DNA of 64,000 nucleotides, taken from the NCBI GenBank assembly GCA_023657465.1, contig JAGTJX010000004.1, forward strand, positions 154,904 through 218,903. The letters are read 5' to 3'. Below the pieces are notes generated by a model that ran no database searches, was not told the DNA's origin, and worked only from the letters and a program-made list of their open reading frames with translations. The translations under genes were made by a program, and so were the position numbers. The DNA is from Lysobacteraceae bacterium (lineage in GTDB: Bacteria > Bdellovibrionota > UBA1018 > JAGTJX01). Shown piece by piece: positions 1-8,842 of the stretch; position 1 is the stretch's first letter; the number at the start of each line of letters is the position of its first letter.

Positions 1-1300
1 TCCATGCGCCATGCAGGAACTTCGTAGATGCAATAACGACGAGGACGATTCCAGTCGTTACAGCACCAAGAGCATTGATAGCAATTCCTTTTCTCCAGTG
101 GAGTTCTTTATGTCTCAAGTGATGTACCACCATTCCAGATTGGGAGAGAGTGAAGCTCAAGAAAACTCCGACTGCATACAGAGGAATCAGATGGTGGGTG
201 TCTCCTCCAACGAAGTAAATCAGCATGATCGAGCAAAAGCTTAAGCCCAATACTCCGTTAGAAAACACAAGACGATCGCCTTGGCTTGCAAGTTGTCTAG
301 GGAGATAGCGATCTCTAGCAAGTAGTGAGCTCAATCTAGGGAAGTCAGCGTAAGAAGTATTAGCAGCTAGCATCAGAATCAGAGCCACTGAAATCTGAAG
401 TACGTAGTATAAGTAGTTATCGCCAAAAACAGATCGAGCTAAGCTCGAAATGACAGTTTCTCCGTTGCCCGGAACGATATTAAACCAGTGAGCTAAAACA
501 GTCATTCCAATGAAGACGGTTCCTAATATCACTGACATCCAAGAAAGTGTGATTCTTGCGTTCCTTTGTGCGGGGGAGCGAAAGAGCGGGATTCCGTTTG
601 AAATTGCCTCTACTCCCGTAAGAGCAGCACAGCCCGAAGCAAAGGCTCTTAAGATCAAAAAGAGCCCAATTTCAGGATAGATTTGGTGAGTAACCGGGAC
701 GATGTTTGCGACTTGTTCTGTGAAAACTTTATAAAAACCAACACTGAGCATGGTAAACATTGAAAAAATAAAAAAGTATGTGGGATATGCAAAAATTCCA
801 GAAGACTCGCGCACTCCTCTTAAGTTAGTTAGCATGATGACGAGGATCAGAGCAGAGTCGATTACAATTCTCCACTGACCTAAAGCTGGAAAAGCTGAAA
901 CAATGTTTTCAACACCTGCTGAAACTGACACGGCGACAGTCAGTACGTAGTCAATGAGAAGGGCGCCACCTGCAACAAGCCCAGCTGTTTCTCCTAAGTT
1001 TTCCTTAGCTACGATGTAGGCACCTCCACCGTTTGGATAAGCTTTGATCGTTTGGTGGTAAGAAATCGTAAGAATCAGTAGAAGTGCAATAATCGCGAGT
1101 GAAATCGGAATAGACCAAATCATCGCAGCTGTTGCCACTGCTGCAAGCGGAATGAGAATTTCTTCAGTGGCGTAAGCTACAGAGGAAAGAGCATCTGATG
1201 AGAGAACTGCAAGAGCTTTCCACTTTGGAATCAGTTCTTGGTGAGCTTTTTGTGTGGCAATCGGTGCACCGATAATGAATCGTTTGATTTTTCCAAAACC
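1..1300 (-). CDS. APC-family amino acid permease, partial (runs off the window at the 3' end)
   Basis: Minus-strand translation from the ATG at 1298-1300 gives MGFGKIKRFIIGAPIATQKAHQELIPKW... with about 12 TM segments, typical of amino acid/polyamine permeases. No stop occurs before position 1, so it is absent from the ORF track. Confidence 0.7.
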
Positions 1301-1333
1301 CATTGAATTATGCGTCCTTTATAACGTTTTCAT

Positions 1334-1366
1334 AAAAAAACCGGCTTGGGTCAATACCCAAACCGG
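1334..1366 (-). terminator. Rho-independent terminator downstream of recA
   Basis: Hairpin CCGGCTTGGGT-caat-ACCCAAACCGG at 1341-1366. The A7 run at 1334-1340 reads as U7 on the minus strand, directly after the recA stop. Confidence 0.55.
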
Positions 1367-1392
1367 TTTAGTTTTCTAATATTTTCTAACGA

Positions 1393-2583
1393 TTATCGTT
1401 TGCCGTTTAGCTGAGGTGCGGCTTTGACGTTAGCAGCAGCGGTTGCAGACTTAGCAACAACTGGAGCGCCCGTTGCTGAAACTGCAGGACCTGCAGAAAA
1501 TGCACCGGACACAGGGAGCTTCGCACCAGACTGCTCTGCAGTCTGGTGCTCAATTTTTCCTACGCCAGATTTTGCTAGAACAGCAGTGCGGATCTCAGTT
1601 TGAGCGTCTTTGTGCTCTTTCAGCCATTTGATAGAGTTGTCACGACCTTGGCCGAGACGCTCGTCTTTATAGGTGTACCAAGTTCCGGATTTCTCGATGA
1701 TGTCGAAGTTTGCACCTGCATCAAGAAGATCACCTTCTTTGGAGATTCCTTCACCATAGAGGATGTCGAATTCGACTTCTTTGAAAGGTGGAGCCATTTT
1801 GTTTTTCACGACTTTCACGCGTGTGCGGTTACCGATGACGTTTTCGCCATCTTTCAGAGCGCCGATTCTACGAATGTCCAAACGAACAGATGCGTAGAAT
1901 TTGAGAGCGTTACCACCCGTAGTGGTCTCAGGGTTACCGAACATCACGCCGATTTTCATACGGAGCTGGTTGATGAAGATCACGAGAGTCTTCGAGCGAT
2001 TGATCGATCCAGTGAGTTTACGAAGCGCCTGACTCATGAGACGAGCTTGGAGACCCATGTGTGAGTCACCCATGTCGCCTTCGAGTTCTGCGCGTGGAAC
2101 GAGAGCTGCCACTGAGTCGACGACTAAGAGGTCTACTCCGCCAGAGCGCACGAGCATGTCTGCGATTTCAAGAGCTTGTTCACCTGCATCTGGCTGAGAG
2201 ATGAGGAGGTCGTCTGTCTTCACGCCTAATTTGCGTGCATAACCGACATCAAGAGCGTGCTCAGCATCAACGAATGCTGCTGTTCCGCCTTGTTTTTGAA
2301 TTTCTGCAATCGCGTGAAGCGCGAGAGTGGTTTTACCTGAAGATTCAGGTCCGTAAATTTCGATGATTCTTCCGCGTGGGAGTCCGCCGATTCCTAGAGC
2401 AAGATCGAGGCTCAATGATCCTGTGGAAACCACAGCGAGATCAGCTGGAACGAGAGTTTCGTTCTCACCTAAGCGCATGATCGAACCTTTGCCGAATTGC
2501 TTCTCAATCGCTTGCATTGCAAGTTCGATTGCTTTGTTTTTACTGCCTTCTAATGCTTTGTTAGTATCTTGTTTAAGATCCAT
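1393..2583 (-). CDS. recA: Recombinase RecA
   Basis: Walker [10 protein letters not shown] and conserved RecA core. The likely start is M22 of the track ORF ([14 protein letters not shown]...) with AAGGAAG upstream. The C-terminal tail is Ala/Ser/Gly-rich. Confidence 0.96.
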   Translation of the reverse strand: MDLKQDTNKALEGSKNKAIELAMQAIEKQFGKGSIMRLGENETLVPADLAVVSTGSLSLDLALGIGGLPRGRIIEIYGPESSGKTTLALHAIAEIQKQGGTAAFVDAEHALDVGYARKLGVKTDDLLISQPDAGEQALEIADMLVRSGGVDLLVVDSVAALVPRAELEGDMGDSHMGLQARLMSQALRKLTGSINRSKTLVIFINQLRMKIGVMFGNPETTTGGNALKFYASVRLDIRRIGALKDGENVIGNRTRVKVVKNKMAPPFKEVEFDILYGEGISKEGDLLDAGANFDIIEKSGTWYTYKDERLGQGRDNSIKWLKEHKDAQTEIRTAVLAKSGVGKIEHQTAEQSGAKLPVSGAFSAGPAVSATGAPVVAKSATAAANVKAAPQLNGKR

Positions 2584-2605
2584 TTTTTCTTCCTTCGTTT
2601 TGTAT

Positions 2606-2628
2606 AAGCACTCCACCATGAAGTGCTT
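2606..2628. promoter_or_regulatory. Inverted repeat AAGCACT-N9-AGTGCTT in the recA 5' leader (candidate SOS operator or leader hairpin)
   Basis: Perfect 7-bp arms lie 24 nt upstream of the recA start on the minus strand. It matches none of the classic LexA boxes I know. Confidence 0.3.
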
Positions 2629-2753
2629 GTCATCCTTGCTCTGCAAAATCTGTGCGGCGAATTTACGGTACCACCACGTGGGGTGCGCGCAACAAAAATG
2701 TCTGACATAATGCGGGGTGTTTTTTGGTGAGTTGAGGGTGGGATCGCGTAGGA

Positions 2754-3293
2754 TTAATTTAAATGAAAGTATGACTGAATAAAATACATGACAGTGAGCG
2801 TTTGGAGTCCCGCAATAATATCATCTGCGATCACTCCGAAGCCTCGCACATACTTCCATTCGTTCGTCGTAGTTTTGGACCATTGGTCGATTTTCCGGAC
2901 TGGCGGAAGCTTAAGAATGTCGAAAAACCTGAAGAGAAAAAATGCGATCGTGAGTGAAGTGAGATTGCCTTGACAGGTAAGTGCGCCGATTGCCATGCCG
3001 ATGACTTCGTCGATGACGATGGACTGGTGGTCAGACGTGTGGGTCAAGTTCACCACTTGTTGTGCAGCCCAGGAGCCGATGATGGTGAGGATGAGAATGT
3101 TGATGATCTGGAATGCGGTCGAGGTTTGTGAAACTTGAAGGAGCCAGACCATTGCAAGACCGACAACTGAACCCGCCGTACCTGGAGCGTAGGGTGAGAG
3201 CCCTGCTCCACCTGCGAGTGCGACTGTGACGCCGATCAATTGATCGATGGTCTTGATCTCACACCAGGGGATGGGGGGTTTTTTAGAGGACAT
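2754..3293 (-). CDS. pgpA: Phosphatidylglycerophosphatase A
   Basis: PgpA-family length and motifs (GTAGS, DEVIGM) with a membrane-associated profile. Confidence 0.8.
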   Translation of the reverse strand: MSSKKPPIPWCEIKTIDQLIGVTVALAGGAGLSPYAPGTAGSVVGLAMVWLLQVSQTSTAFQIINILILTIIGSWAAQQVVNLTHTSDHQSIVIDEVIGMAIGALTCQGNLTSLTIAFFLFRFFDILKLPPVRKIDQWSKTTTNEWKYVRGFGVIADDIIAGLQTLTVMYFIQSYFHLN

Positions 3294-3355
3294 GAGTTCA
3301 TTCTACACGGGTCTGAGTTGATAGCGAGAGTCTCAATTGAGTGCGTGAGGTGTTG

Positions 3356-3424
3356 TTTCCAAAAACCGGAAATATAGATTGTTCTCGATTCAGTTACCCC
3401 TGCTTTATTTCCAAAAATAGGAAG
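3356..3424. promoter_or_regulatory. Two copies of inverted repeat TTTCC-N7-GGAA(A/G) upstream of the RAYT-like gene
   Basis: Copy 1 is GTTTCCaaaaaccGGAAAT at 3355-3373 and copy 2 is ATTTCCaaaaataGGAAGT at 3407-3425, 50 bp apart and 50-120 bp upstream of the ATG at 3474. Confidence 0.4.
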
Positions 3425-3473
3425 TAGCCATCCTCGCAGTGATTCGCGGCGGTGTTGGCACTCAAATTGCTGA

Positions 3474-4259
3474 GTGGAGTTCCATATGTGGAATCACAAT
3501 GTGCTCCGAACGTCTCATGGTTTGTCTTTGTTCAGTGACCCTCTCATCGCTGAGGAGAGCTGGAGGTTTCTATCAGAACCGAGAGGCGACATAGCATCAC
3601 TTATCTTGATGCCGAATCACACTCATCTCATTTCGAAGTCGATTGATGCGCAGGATCTATTGTTATCGCTTCGTCAAAGAATCAATCGGAAATTTGGTTT
3701 TGGAGTCCGAAATTGGGACGGAATCACCAAATCCGAGACCATTGCAGATGTTGTGAAACTACGGAGGAGCATTCGCTATGTACATTTGAATCCCGCAAGG
3801 GCGGGTTTGACTCGTGATCCTCTCTTATGGCGATGGTCTACACATAGAGATTGGCTGGGTTATGTATCTCAACCTATTGTTTCGGCTGATGCGATTCATG
3901 CTATGGGTTTTTTAAAGACCAGGGAGAAGTTTCATCATTACGTGAGCGCTGACCCTTCGGTGGATGTTGCTGGAACGCTATTGCCAAAAGCTCCAGAAGT
4001 TTTAGCGCTAAGCCTAGATAGGTTAAAGTCTGTGCTACAAACTTATTATCGATGTTCTTTAGTAGAGTTGGCGGAACCGAGGCATCCTCTCAAAGCGAAA
4101 GCCGTTCCTCTTGTAATCCAGACATTAGAATTAAAGGAAGAAATAGCTGCGAAACTATTTCAGGTCTCTACTAGACAAATTAGAAACCTATCGCACTTAC
4201 CGGTATCAGAAATAATCAAGCAGCGGTTCAAAGAAATGGTTGGAGACCTTAGGTTTTAA
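3474..4259 (+). CDS. IS200/IS605-like HuH (Y1) tyrosine transposase-domain protein (RAYT-like) fused to a C-terminal DnaA-domain-IV-like HTH
   Basis: HuH motif LILMPNHTHLI and catalytic-Tyr motif YVHLNPARAGL match REP-associated tyrosine transposases. The C-terminal ~100 aa carry an HTH (VSTRQIRNLSH). No terminal inverted repeats were recognised, so it is probably domesticated. Confidence 0.7.
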   Translation: MEFHMWNHNVLRTSHGLSLFSDPLIAEESWRFLSEPRGDIASLILMPNHTHLISKSIDAQDLLLSLRQRINRKFGFGVRNWDGITKSETIADVVKLRRSIRYVHLNPARAGLTRDPLLWRWSTHRDWLGYVSQPIVSADAIHAMGFLKTREKFHHYVSADPSVDVAGTLLPKAPEVLALSLDRLKSVLQTYYRCSLVELAEPRHPLKAKAVPLVIQTLELKEEIAAKLFQVSTRQIRNLSHLPVSEIIKQRFKEMVGDLRF

Positions 4260-4292
4260 ATCCGTTTATGCGTCTATGGAATTGATAAGCGT

Positions 4293-5105
4293 CTAAATCC
4301 TAAACATCGCCTTGGCATTAGCACTGGTCACGCGAGCCACTTCATCGAGAGTGACCCCCTTAAGCTCTGCGAGTTTCACAGCCGTGTACCTCACCATCGC
4401 AGGCTCGCACTTCTTCCCGCGCATAGGGATGGGAGCCAGATACGGAGAGTCGGTCTCGACCATGAGTTTCTCCAGAGGAAATGCACGTGCGCACTCCTGG
4501 AGGTCCGTCGCACTCTTAAAGGTGAGTATTCCAGAAAATGAAATGAGGAAACCTAAGTTCATGCACGCTTCGCCGAAGGCACGAGTTCCTGTGAAGCAGT
4601 GAATAGCACCAATGGGCCGTGGAGTTCCGTCTTTGTTTTTTTCTCCCTGCGGAAAGGACTTGGCGTACATCGTGAGCTCAGGCAGTAAGTCTTCCTCTGC
4701 TTCACGTGAGTGAACCACGATGGGTTGTCCTACTTTGAGTGCAAGATCGAGCTGGTCGCGGAGTCGTTTGATCTGAGGTTCACGAGCAGAGTGCTTGTAA
4801 TAATAGTCGAGGCCGATCTCGCCGATCGCTCTGCACTTCTTGTGACGAGCGAACTTCTCGAGCACAGCGATGTCTTCGTCCTTCATGGTTTCAGATTCGT
4901 GAGGGTGCACGCCAGCAGTGAAGTAAACATTGGCGTACTTCTCTGCGATCTCACTCGTTGCCTGTAGGGTTGCGATCTCAGTACCGATCGTGACCATGTG
5001 AGAGACGCCAGACTCAGTCGCTTCACGCACAAGATCGTCAGTCGACTTAGGTGTGTACTCATAGTTTAAGTGGCAGTGAGAATCGATCAGTGTGGGTTCA
5101 GCCAT
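4293..5105 (-). CDS. tatD: TatD-family metal-dependent DNase/hydrolase
   Basis: HCHL, GEIGLDY and HSRE motifs of the TatD/YchF family. Confidence 0.9.
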   Translation of the reverse strand: MAEPTLIDSHCHLNYEYTPKSTDDLVREATESGVSHMVTIGTEIATLQATSEIAEKYANVYFTAGVHPHESETMKDEDIAVLEKFARHKKCRAIGEIGLDYYYKHSAREPQIKRLRDQLDLALKVGQPIVVHSREAEEDLLPELTMYAKSFPQGEKNKDGTPRPIGAIHCFTGTRAFGEACMNLGFLISFSGILTFKSATDLQECARAFPLEKLMVETDSPYLAPIPMRGKKCEPAMVRYTAVKLAELKGVTLDEVARVTSANAKAMFRI

Positions 5106-5126
5106 ATTTAGAAATTTGCCTCAGCA

Positions 5127-6281
5127 CTACTTCTTAAGAAGTCTCTCGACGAGAATTTTCCATGCAGGTGCTGGAAGTCCGCCTGTAATCAAGATTCCAT
5201 TCACATAGAACGTAGGTGTTGATCCAATGCCTAGAGCAATACCCTCTTCGATTTGTTTGTTCAGGCGACCGGCAGTTTCTGCAGATGCTGCACAAGCTTT
5301 GAGTGAAGAATCGTTCACACCGTGAGAGGTCAAGACTGCAAAAATATCCGTCCCCACTTTAGAGACGAGCTTCTGATTATCAAAGAATGTTTCGTAGACC
5401 TTCTCCATCAGTCCACGCGACTGAGCGCAGAGTCCAATGCGAGCGAGTTCACACGCACGCTGGTGCAAGGGGCGAGTGATTTTGCGATTACAAGCTTGAT
5501 CAAGAGGATGGTTCTTGAACACGAATTTAATTTTGTCATGGTACTCGCTTAATATCGGATGCACTGCTTGTGCACCCATTTTGCAAGCTGGACATTCGAA
5601 GTCACTGAACTTAATAATCGTGATCGGAGCATTCTCAGGTCCAGAGATGACTTCGTCCTTCGTATAGCTGACAGCCACAGGTTTAGTGAGCATGATGCTG
5701 TCGATGTACTCGTTCATCTGAGTGGGTGTGACATCCACGAGCGGGTTCATGGACCTGGAGAGGAACCACATGATGGCAAGTGACCCCAGGCCAGCTCCTA
5801 CGGCATGTTTCCATAGTGGAGTGTCGTTAGAAACAGGGATTCCGTTTTGTTTCTGTGCTGAGAATAGAATAGCGAAGTTCACTGCGTTGATCAGATCAAG
5901 CGAGAGGCAAAGAATACACCAGGACTTAATGACTACAGCCATGATCCCCAGATAAACAGCGGATGCTCCTAGAGACACAATGCTCTGGAAAAAAGCAAAC
6001 CGAGCAGCGGCTCTTGAGTTGGAAACGAGAGCCATCAGTAAGAGAGCGAATTGAGCGAATAACCATCCAGCTGCGAGTCCAGAGAGTGGAATGCCTGCGA
6101 TGAGTTCTGCGTAGCGGGAGGTTTCGATGGCGACACAATCGAAGGAACCTACTTGGCAGAAGGATTTGAGGCCACCCATTCCTGAGCGGAGTTGGTAGTA
6201 ATGATTGGTTTGATAAACAGAAACGGCCGCACCAACAAATGTCAGAGCAGCCGCTATGAGTAGCTTCCTTGATTTAGTCAT
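5127..6281 (-). CDS. Vitamin K epoxide reductase (VKOR) domain fused to a DsbA-like thioredoxin domain
   Basis: The N-terminal polytopic membrane domain carries a CxxC (CILC). The C-terminal thioredoxin fold carries CPAC. Confidence 0.8.
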   Translation of the reverse strand: MTKSRKLLIAAALTFVGAAVSVYQTNHYYQLRSGMGGLKSFCQVGSFDCVAIETSRYAELIAGIPLSGLAAGWLFAQFALLLMALVSNSRAAARFAFFQSIVSLGASAVYLGIMAVVIKSWCILCLSLDLINAVNFAILFSAQKQNGIPVSNDTPLWKHAVGAGLGSLAIMWFLSRSMNPLVDVTPTQMNEYIDSIMLTKPVAVSYTKDEVISGPENAPITIIKFSDFECPACKMGAQAVHPILSEYHDKIKFVFKNHPLDQACNRKITRPLHQRACELARIGLCAQSRGLMEKVYETFFDNQKLVSKVGTDIFAVLTSHGVNDSSLKACAASAETAGRLNKQIEEGIALGIGSTPTFYVNGILITGGLPAPAWKILVERLLKK

Positions 6282-6308
6282 GAGGTCATCCTAACCTCAG
6301 AACGCATA

Positions 6309-6671
6309 TTATGCGTAAATTTTTTCTGCGCGTTCTTCACGTTCTTTGCATGCAATGCAAAGAGTCGAAACCGGACGTGCTTCGAGGCGTTTGCGCTCGA
6401 TTGGCTCTTCGCAGTCATCGCACATTCCAAAACTACCGGAATCGATGCGTGAAAGAGCATAGTCAATTTTACTAAGTAATTGACGTTCTCTGTCGCGTAA
6501 TCGGAACAGTAAGCTTTGTGTGAGTTCGCTTGCAGCGAGATCAGTTTCATCAGCAAGCTCTTCTTGCGGAATGACTAGGTCTGCTTTTACAGCGGTTTGA
6601 ATACTTGCAGCTAGTCGAGCTTTTTCGCTCTCCAGCATTTTCTTGAACTTCGTTATCGATCGTGCGTCCAT
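6309..6671 (-). CDS. dksA: DksA/TraR-family C4 zinc-finger transcription factor
   Basis: A coiled-coil N-terminus followed by the CDDCEEPI...CIAC zinc finger. The start was moved to M27 of the track ORF. Confidence 0.8.
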   Translation of the reverse strand: MDARSITKFKKMLESEKARLAASIQTAVKADLVIPQEELADETDLAASELTQSLLFRLRDRERQLLSKIDYALSRIDSGSFGMCDDCEEPIERKRLEARPVSTLCIACKEREERAEKIYA

Positions 6672-6862
6672 GGTTTCCCACCCCCCGTGGTCATTTGACT
6701 TCGTTTTCCTGTAAAGCCAACTACTTACTTCCTGTAAAAATTCTAACACAGTTGTCTAGAGCTGCATGTCAGTCTAGCTACAATCCTAAAAACGTCAATT
6801 ATTTTTTATAAGGCTTTATAAGAATGATGTTCAGTTTTCATTTGTGCTACATTTTTTAGCCT

Positions 6863-7510
6863 ATGTTACATGCGTGGATTACGACTTGGTTTGGGTGGGT
6901 TGAGCATTGGGGTTACGGCGGAGTTATCGTCCTGATGGCTATGGAAAGTTCGATTTTTCCCGTTCCGAGTGAAATCGTCATGCCACCTGCTGCGTTCTGG
7001 GCTGCTCAAGGCAAAATGAATTTCTGGGGAGTCGTCGCTGCAGGTACATTTGGTTCATACATGGGATCAGCGATTACCTATTGGGTTGCTCAATGGGTCG
7101 GCCGTCCATTCATTAATCGATATGGAAAATATTTTTTGCTCAAGCCTTCACAGATCAACAGTGCAGAAGGTTGGATCAGAGACTTCGGTGTCACCGGAGT
7201 CTTCATCGCGCGTCTCTTGCCAGTCATCCGTCACTTGATCTCGATCCCTGCTGGGATATTCAAGATGAACTTCACTTCGTTCAGTGTAGTCACCATCACA
7301 GGAGCCGGGTTCTGGTGTTTCATCCTCTCGTGGTTTGGTGAAGCGGTCATTGGACAGAATCCTGAGCTACTTCAATCGCCGGCTCAGATGTCTCACGTGA
7401 TTAAAGCGAAGCTCCTCTGGTTCGTGGCTGCGGTCTTCGTACTAGGAGCAATGACAATGCTCGTGAAAATCAAAATGAAAAAAATGAATCCTAGTGGAGC
7501 ACGTTCGTGA
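6863..7510 (+). CDS. DedA/SNARE-associated family membrane protein
   Basis: DedA signature region (GRPFINRYGKYF, ARLLPVIRHLISIPAG) with multiple TM segments. Confidence 0.8.
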   Translation: MLHAWITTWFGWVEHWGYGGVIVLMAMESSIFPVPSEIVMPPAAFWAAQGKMNFWGVVAAGTFGSYMGSAITYWVAQWVGRPFINRYGKYFLLKPSQINSAEGWIRDFGVTGVFIARLLPVIRHLISIPAGIFKMNFTSFSVVTITGAGFWCFILSWFGEAVIGQNPELLQSPAQMSHVIKAKLLWFVAAVFVLGAMTMLVKIKMKKMNPSGARS

Positions 7511-8838
7511 GTTTTAATGCCATCATCTTAGCTGCAGGTCAGGGCAAGAGAATGCATTCAGACTTGCCGAAAGTTTGCCACGAAGTTATGGGTCGCCCGA
7601 TGGTGCTTCATGTGTACCATCAACTGAAGAAAGCTGATCCTAGTGCGAGCATCTGTGTGGTCATCGGACATGGACGCGAAGAAGTGAAGAAGTGTTTCAA
7701 GGGTCTTGATGTTTCATTCGCAGTGCAGGAGCAACAACTTGGAACAGGACATGCAGTTCAACAGGCTTTGAATTCTCCATGGGGTGGGAAAATTGGGAAA
7801 GCTCCAGTACTCGTACTCTCTGGAGACACGCCACTCATCACGAGTGAGGCGATCCAAGCGATTGCAGGAGAGAAGTTAGGCAAGACAGTGGTCAGAATGC
7901 TCACGACTCATCTCGATAATCCTACTGGCTATGGACGTGTGATCCGCAAAGGCAAGTCCGTGAAGGCTGTAGTAGAGCAGAAGGATGCAAGCCCAGCGCA
8001 ACAGAAAATCCGTGAAGTGAACACAGGCGTGTATCTTTTTGATTCCGCTTTCCTCCGTGCAAACATCAATCTGATTAATAATAGAAATTCGCAAAGCGAA
8101 TTTTACTTACCCGATGTACTGGGTATTGCAGTGAAGAAGCAGAAACCAGTCGAAGGCGTCATCTACAGCGAGTCCCGAGATCTCTCTGGCGTGAACAATC
8201 CTTGGGAGCTCTCGCTAGCGAATCAAGTGATGGCTGGGAGGATTAACCGCGGACATGCAATGAATGGTGTGTTCTTCATAGATCCAGGCGAAGTCTGGAT
8301 TGATATTGATGTGGAGATTGCATCTGGAACGAAGATTGAACCCAACGTCATCCTCCGTGGAAAAACGGTGATTGGATCCCGCGTGCATCTCAAGGCAGGA
8401 ACCATCATCGCAGATTCTCGCGTGGACTCAGATGCGAGTTTGGGTCCTTATGCCCACATTAGACCTGAGTCGCATGTGGGTAAAGGTGCTAAGATTGGAA
8501 ACTTCGTTGAGCTCAAGAAGGCACGTATCGGAGAGAAGACTGCGATTTCACATCTCTCTTACATTGGTGATGCCATAGTAGGTTCACTTGTGAATATTGG
8601 ATGTGGATTCGTCACTTGTAATTACGATGGTAAGTCGAAACATCAAACCATCATCGAAGATGAAGTTTTTATGGGAAGTGATTGCCAGGTCATAGCTCCT
8701 CTCAAAGTAGGTCTGGGGGCTTATGTCGCTTCCGGCTCAACCCTGACTAAGGATGTACCTGCAGGTTCACTCGCAATTGCTCGTACTCGTCAGGAAAACA
8801 AACTGGATTACGCCAAAAAATTTAAGAAAGGTTCATAA
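7507..8838 (+). CDS. glmU: Bifunctional UDP-GlcNAc pyrophosphorylase / GlcN-1-P acetyltransferase
   Basis: N-terminal LAAGQGKRM nucleotidyltransferase motif and C-terminal left-handed beta-helix hexapeptide repeats. Confidence 0.95.
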   Translation: MSFNAIILAAGQGKRMHSDLPKVCHEVMGRPMVLHVYHQLKKADPSASICVVIGHGREEVKKCFKGLDVSFAVQEQQLGTGHAVQQALNSPWGGKIGKAPVLVLSGDTPLITSEAIQAIAGEKLGKTVVRMLTTHLDNPTGYGRVIRKGKSVKAVVEQKDASPAQQKIREVNTGVYLFDSAFLRANINLINNRNSQSEFYLPDVLGIAVKKQKPVEGVIYSESRDLSGVNNPWELSLANQVMAGRINRGHAMNGVFFIDPGEVWIDIDVEIASGTKIEPNVILRGKTVIGSRVHLKAGTIIADSRVDSDASLGPYAHIRPESHVGKGAKIGNFVELKKARIGEKTAISHLSYIGDAIVGSLVNIGCGFVTCNYDGKSKHQTIIEDEVFMGSDCQVIAPLKVGLGAYVASGSTLTKDVPAGSLAIARTRQENKLDYAKKFKKGS

Positions 8839-8842
8839 GCCT

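Noticed and set aside
11-244. 77-aa plus-strand ORF at the window start
   Set aside because: It lies entirely antisense to the minus-strand permease gene (1..1300), which has a far more convincing multi-TM translation, so it is likely spurious.
1600-2710. Plus-strand ORFs 1600..2064 and 2363..2710
   Set aside because: Antisense to recA; composition is the mirror of the coding strand and there are no motifs.
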